Assembly (NCBI GenBank): GCA_963707915.1
Contig: OY970178.1
Span: 1,376,001-1,440,000 of the forward strand
Direction of reading: 5' to 3'
Source of the DNA: Candidatus Eiseniibacteriota bacterium
Lineage (GTDB): Bacteria > Eisenbacteria > RBG-16-71-46
DNA: 64,000 nt
Numbering within the stretch: position 1 is the stretch's first letter; each line of letters opens with the position of its first letter. Of the stretch, positions 59,096 to 64,000 are shown piece by piece. The translations under genes and the position numbers were made by a program. The notes beneath the pieces were generated by a model. The model worked only from the letters and a program-made list of their open reading frames with translations, was not told the DNA's origin and made no database searches.

Positions 59096-60636
59096 CCCCG
59101 CCGCCCGCCGTTCGCCGGGCCCCCTGGCGGGTCGCCGCGTCCTGGTGGCGAACCGCGGGGAGATCGCCTGCCGCATCCTGCGCGCCGTCCGCGAGGAGGG
59201 CGCGCTCGGCATCGCCGTCTACTCCGACGCCGACCGCAGCGCGCTGCACGTGAGCCTGGCCGACGAGGCCCACCGCATCGGGCCGGCCCCGGTGGCCGCA
59301 GAGCTACCTCGACGCGGATGCCATCCTCGCGGCGTGCCGCAGCTCGCGCGCCGAGCTGCTCCACCCCGGCTACGGCTTCTTCGCCGAGAACGCGGACTTC
59401 GCCGAGGCGGTCGAGCGCGCCGGCATCATCTGGGTCGGCCCGCCCCCCGGCGTGATCCGCACCATGGGCGACAAGCTCGCGGCGCGGCGCACGATCGAGG
59501 GGACCGGCGTGCCGCTGGTCCCGGGCACCGGGGCGCTCCCGGCCGACCCGGAGGTCGCCCACGCCCGCGCGCTGGAGCTCGGCTACCCGGTCCTCGTCAA
59601 GGCCGCCTTCGGCGGCGGCGGCCGCGGCATGCGGCGCTGCGCCGACCGCGCCGCGCTGGTCGCCGCGCTGGACCTGGCGCGCCAGGAGGCCGCCCGCGCC
59701 TTCGGCGACGCCACGATCTACCTGGAGAAGCTCATCCCGCGACCGCGCCACATCGAGATCCAGGTCCTGGCCGACCGCCACGGCAACGTGATCCACCTCG
59801 GCGAGCGCGAGTGCTCGATCCAGCGCCGCCACCAGAAGCTGCTCGAGGAGAGCCCCACCCCCGCGCCCTTCCCCGGGCTGCGCGAGCGGATGGGCGAGGC
59901 GGCGGTGGCGATCGCGCGCGGCGTCGGCTACGTGAACGCCGGCACCATCGAGTTCCTGGTGGACCCCGAGGGGCGCTTCCACTTCCTCGAGATGAACACC
60001 CGCCTGCAGGTCGAGCACCCGGTGACCGAGCGGGTGGTCTCGTTCGACATGGTCCACCGCCAGCTGCGCATCGCGATGGGCGAGCCGCTCGACCGCCGGC
60101 AGGAGGACATCCGCTGGCGCGGCCACGCGATCGAGTGCCGCATCAACGCCGAGGACCCGGAGCACGGCTTCGCCCCCTCCACCGGGCGCATCGTCGCCCT
60201 GCACCTGCCGGAGGGCCCGGGCGTGCGCAACGACGTCGGCATCATGGTGGGCAGCGAGGTCGGCGCGCACTACGACCCGCTGCTCGGCAAGCTCATCGTC
60301 TGGGCGGAGAATCGCGAGGAGGCGATCGCCCGCGCCCTGCGCGCCCTGCGCGAGTACCGCGTCGCCGGCGTGCAGACCAACATCCCGTTCCACCGCTGGC
60401 TGCTCACCCACCCGCGCTTCGCCCGCGGCGAGACCGACACCGCGTTCCTCGAGGAGGAGTACCGGCCCGACGCGGTGGCCCGCGACCGCGAGGAAGTGAC
60501 CGCGATCGTGGCCGCCGCCTGGGCCGCCTACCACGCCGCCCCGGCGCGCCCGGACCCGCGGCCGGCCGCGGCGGGCTCGGCGTGGCGGCAATCCGGGCGG
60601 CCGGGCGCCGCGGGAGGATCGACCGGATGGCGCTGA
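59076..60636 (+). CDS. accC: Biotin carboxylase subunit; +1 frameshift near 59297
   Basis: [53 protein letters not shown]. Confidence 0.95.
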
Positions 60637-61210
60637 GCGGCGGATGGCGCGAGTACCTGGCCGTGGTCGGCGACCGGCAGCGGCTGGTCCGCATCGAACC
60701 GGAAGGCGAAGACCTGCGGCTGCGCATCGACGGCGAGGAGTTCATGGTCGGCTGCGAGACCACCGTGGGCGGCGAGCTGTGCCTGCTGATGAACGGGCGC
60801 CCGCAGGTGCTCCACGTGCGCTCCGAGGCGCCCGGGCGGTACCGCGTCTCGCTGGCCGGGGGCGAGACCCTGGTCGAGTTGCGCGACCCGCTGGCGGCCC
60901 GGTTGGCGTCCGCGGCCCCGGGCGCGACCATCCGCCAGGCGCGCGAGATCGAGATCCACGCGCCCATGCCGGGCGTGGTGTTCGCCGTGCATGCGCGCGA
61001 GGGCGACGAGGTGGCGGCGGGCACGCCGCTGGTCGTGCTCGAGGCCATGAAGATGCAGAACGCCCTGGCGAGCCCGGCCGCCGGCGTCGTCCGCCAGGTG
61101 CGGGTCGCGCCCGGGCAGACGGTGGACGGCGAGGCGCTGCTGGTGGTGCTCGAGCGGCTCGACCTGCCGCGCGCGCCGGGCGCGGCCGCGCCGCCCGAAG
61201 GGGGAGCGAG

Positions 61211-61214
<4 letters not shown>
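60627..61214 (+). CDS. Biotin carboxyl carrier protein (BT-like + biotinyl domain)
   Basis: APMPG, EAMKM biotinylation motif. Confidence 0.9.
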
Positions 61215-62849
<1,635 letters not shown>

Positions 62850-62901
62850 CGGCCACCCGGGGCTCGGGCCGGAGCCCCGGGAGCATTCCCGGAAGGGGAC
62901 C

Positions 62902-63300
62902 ATGAAGATCGATCACATCGGGATCGCCGTCGCGGACATCGAAAGCGCCATGGCGACCTACGCCGGCGCGCTCGGGTTGCGGCCCGGGCCGGTCGAGGAG
63001 GTCGCGGGCCAGGGCATCCGTGCCCACCACCTGGCGGTCGGAGAGTCGCAGATCGAGCTGCTCGAGTCCCTCGACGAGGGCTCGGCGGTGGCCCGCTTCC
63101 TCGCCCGGCGGGGCCCGGGCATCCACCACATCGCCTTCGCGGTGGAGGACTTCGACGGCGCGCGGGCGCGGTTGATCGCGTCGGGGAGCCGGCCGCTCGG
63201 CGAGCCGTCGGTGGGCGCCGGCGGGAAGCGGATCCAGTTCTTCGACCCGCGCTCCACCGGCGGCGTGCTCATCGAGATCTGCGCGAAGGGGACCGCGTGA
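62902..63300 (+). CDS. mce: Methylmalonyl-CoA epimerase
   Basis: [28 protein letters not shown]. Confidence 0.93.
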   Translation: MKIDHIGIAVADIESAMATYAGALGLRPGPVEEVAGQGIRAHHLAVGESQIELLESLDEGSAVARFLARRGPGIHHIAFAVEDFDGARARLIASGSRPLGEPSVGAGGKRIQFFDPRSTGGVLIEICAKGTA

Positions 63301-64000
63301 CGGACATCGGCGGCATCCAGGTCGGCATCCACGACCACGGCTTCTACCGGCTCGACGGCGGGGCGATGTTCGGCTCGGTCCCCCGGGCGATCTGGTCGGG
63401 CCTCATCCCGCCCGACGGCGACAACCGCATCCGTCTCGCCACCAACTCCCTCATCCTCGAGACCGGCGGTCGGCGCTTCCTGGTGGACGTCGGCTGCGGG
63501 GACAAGTGGACCGACAAGCTGCGGCGCATCTACGGCGTCGACCCGGTCGCACCGGTGCCCGACGCCGCGAGCGTCACCGACGTCATCCTGACGCACCTGC
63601 ACTTCGACCACGCGGGCGGCATCTCGCGCTTCGTCCCGGGCACCGCGGGGGAACTCGAGCCCGCCTACCCCGGCGCGCGCGTGCACCTGCAGGAGGCCAA
63701 CTGGGACGTCGCCCGCGCCCCCGGCCCGCGCGAGCGCGCGAGCTACCTGCCCGAGAACGTCGCCGTGCTGGAGCGGGCCCCGCTCGTGCTGGCCCGCGGC
63801 AGCGCCGAGCTGGTTCCCGGGCTGTGGGTGCACCGCTCCGACGGGCACACGCGCGGGCTGCAGTGGGTCGAGATCCGCGGCCAGGGCGCGACCGTCGCCT
63901 TCCCGAGCGACCTGATCCCGACCTCGCGCCACCTGCCCGTCCCTTACGCGATGGGCTACGACATGCACGTCGAGCTGCTGCTGGAGGAGAAGGCGGAGTT
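63297..64000 (+). CDS. MBL-fold metallo-hydrolase (YtnP-like), runs off window edge
   Basis: Read manually from GTG 63297: FYRLDGGAMFG.VP, THLHFDHAGG, GHT, SDLIP, MGYD. Confidence 0.88.
   Translation, partial: MTDIGGIQVGIHDHGFYRLDGGAMFGSVPRAIWSGLIPPDGDNRIRLATNSLILETGGRRFLVDVGCGDKWTDKLRRIYGVDPVAPVPDAASVTDVILTHLHFDHAGGISRFVPGTAGELEPAYPGARVHLQEANWDVARAPGPRERASYLPENVAVLERAPLVLARGSAELVPGLWVHRSDGHTRGLQWVEIRGQGATVAFPSDLIPTSRHLPVPYAMGYDMHVELLLEEKAE

Noticed and set aside
54595..59253. 1552-aa ORF spanning tyrS, PBP1A and pccB
   Set aside because: Off-frame read-through; only 57544-58195 is real (pccB N-terminal half)

Overview
High-GC bacterial chromosomal window made up mostly of core genes. In order: (1) tRNA-Leu-tig-clpP-clpX-lon. 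(2) A mixed metabolic block: outer-membrane barrel, apgM, yjbQ, LeuA-like enzyme, mgtC, enoyl-CoA hydratase, GAF-PP2C, mtgA, yqeY, aminotransferase. (3) A ~20 kb aerobic respiration supercluster: cydAB, heme A/O synthesis, DUF3179, A2-type caa3 oxidase, SCO and alternative complex III actABCDEF. (4) A secreted DGxGG-repeat protein with a T9SS/FlgD-like tail. (5) yebC-ruvCAB-queA, an EF-G paralog and sppA. (6) A complete group IIC intron with RT/maturase inserted directly after the terminator of a full rRNA operon (16S-tRNA-Ile-tRNA-Ala-23S-5S). (7) tyrS, PBP1A and a propionyl-CoA carboxylase / methylmalonyl-CoA mutase / epimerase operon. Many conserved genes carry single-base frameshifts that look like two alleles merged in the assembly consensus rather than real pseudogenisation. 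I found no clearly new multi-gene system. The best leads are the rrn-terminator intron with a possible second intron remnant, the respiratory supercluster and its accessory genes, the repeat protein and several structured intergenic regions. Gene content suggests an FCB-related uncultured lineage such as Eisenbacteria (inference only).
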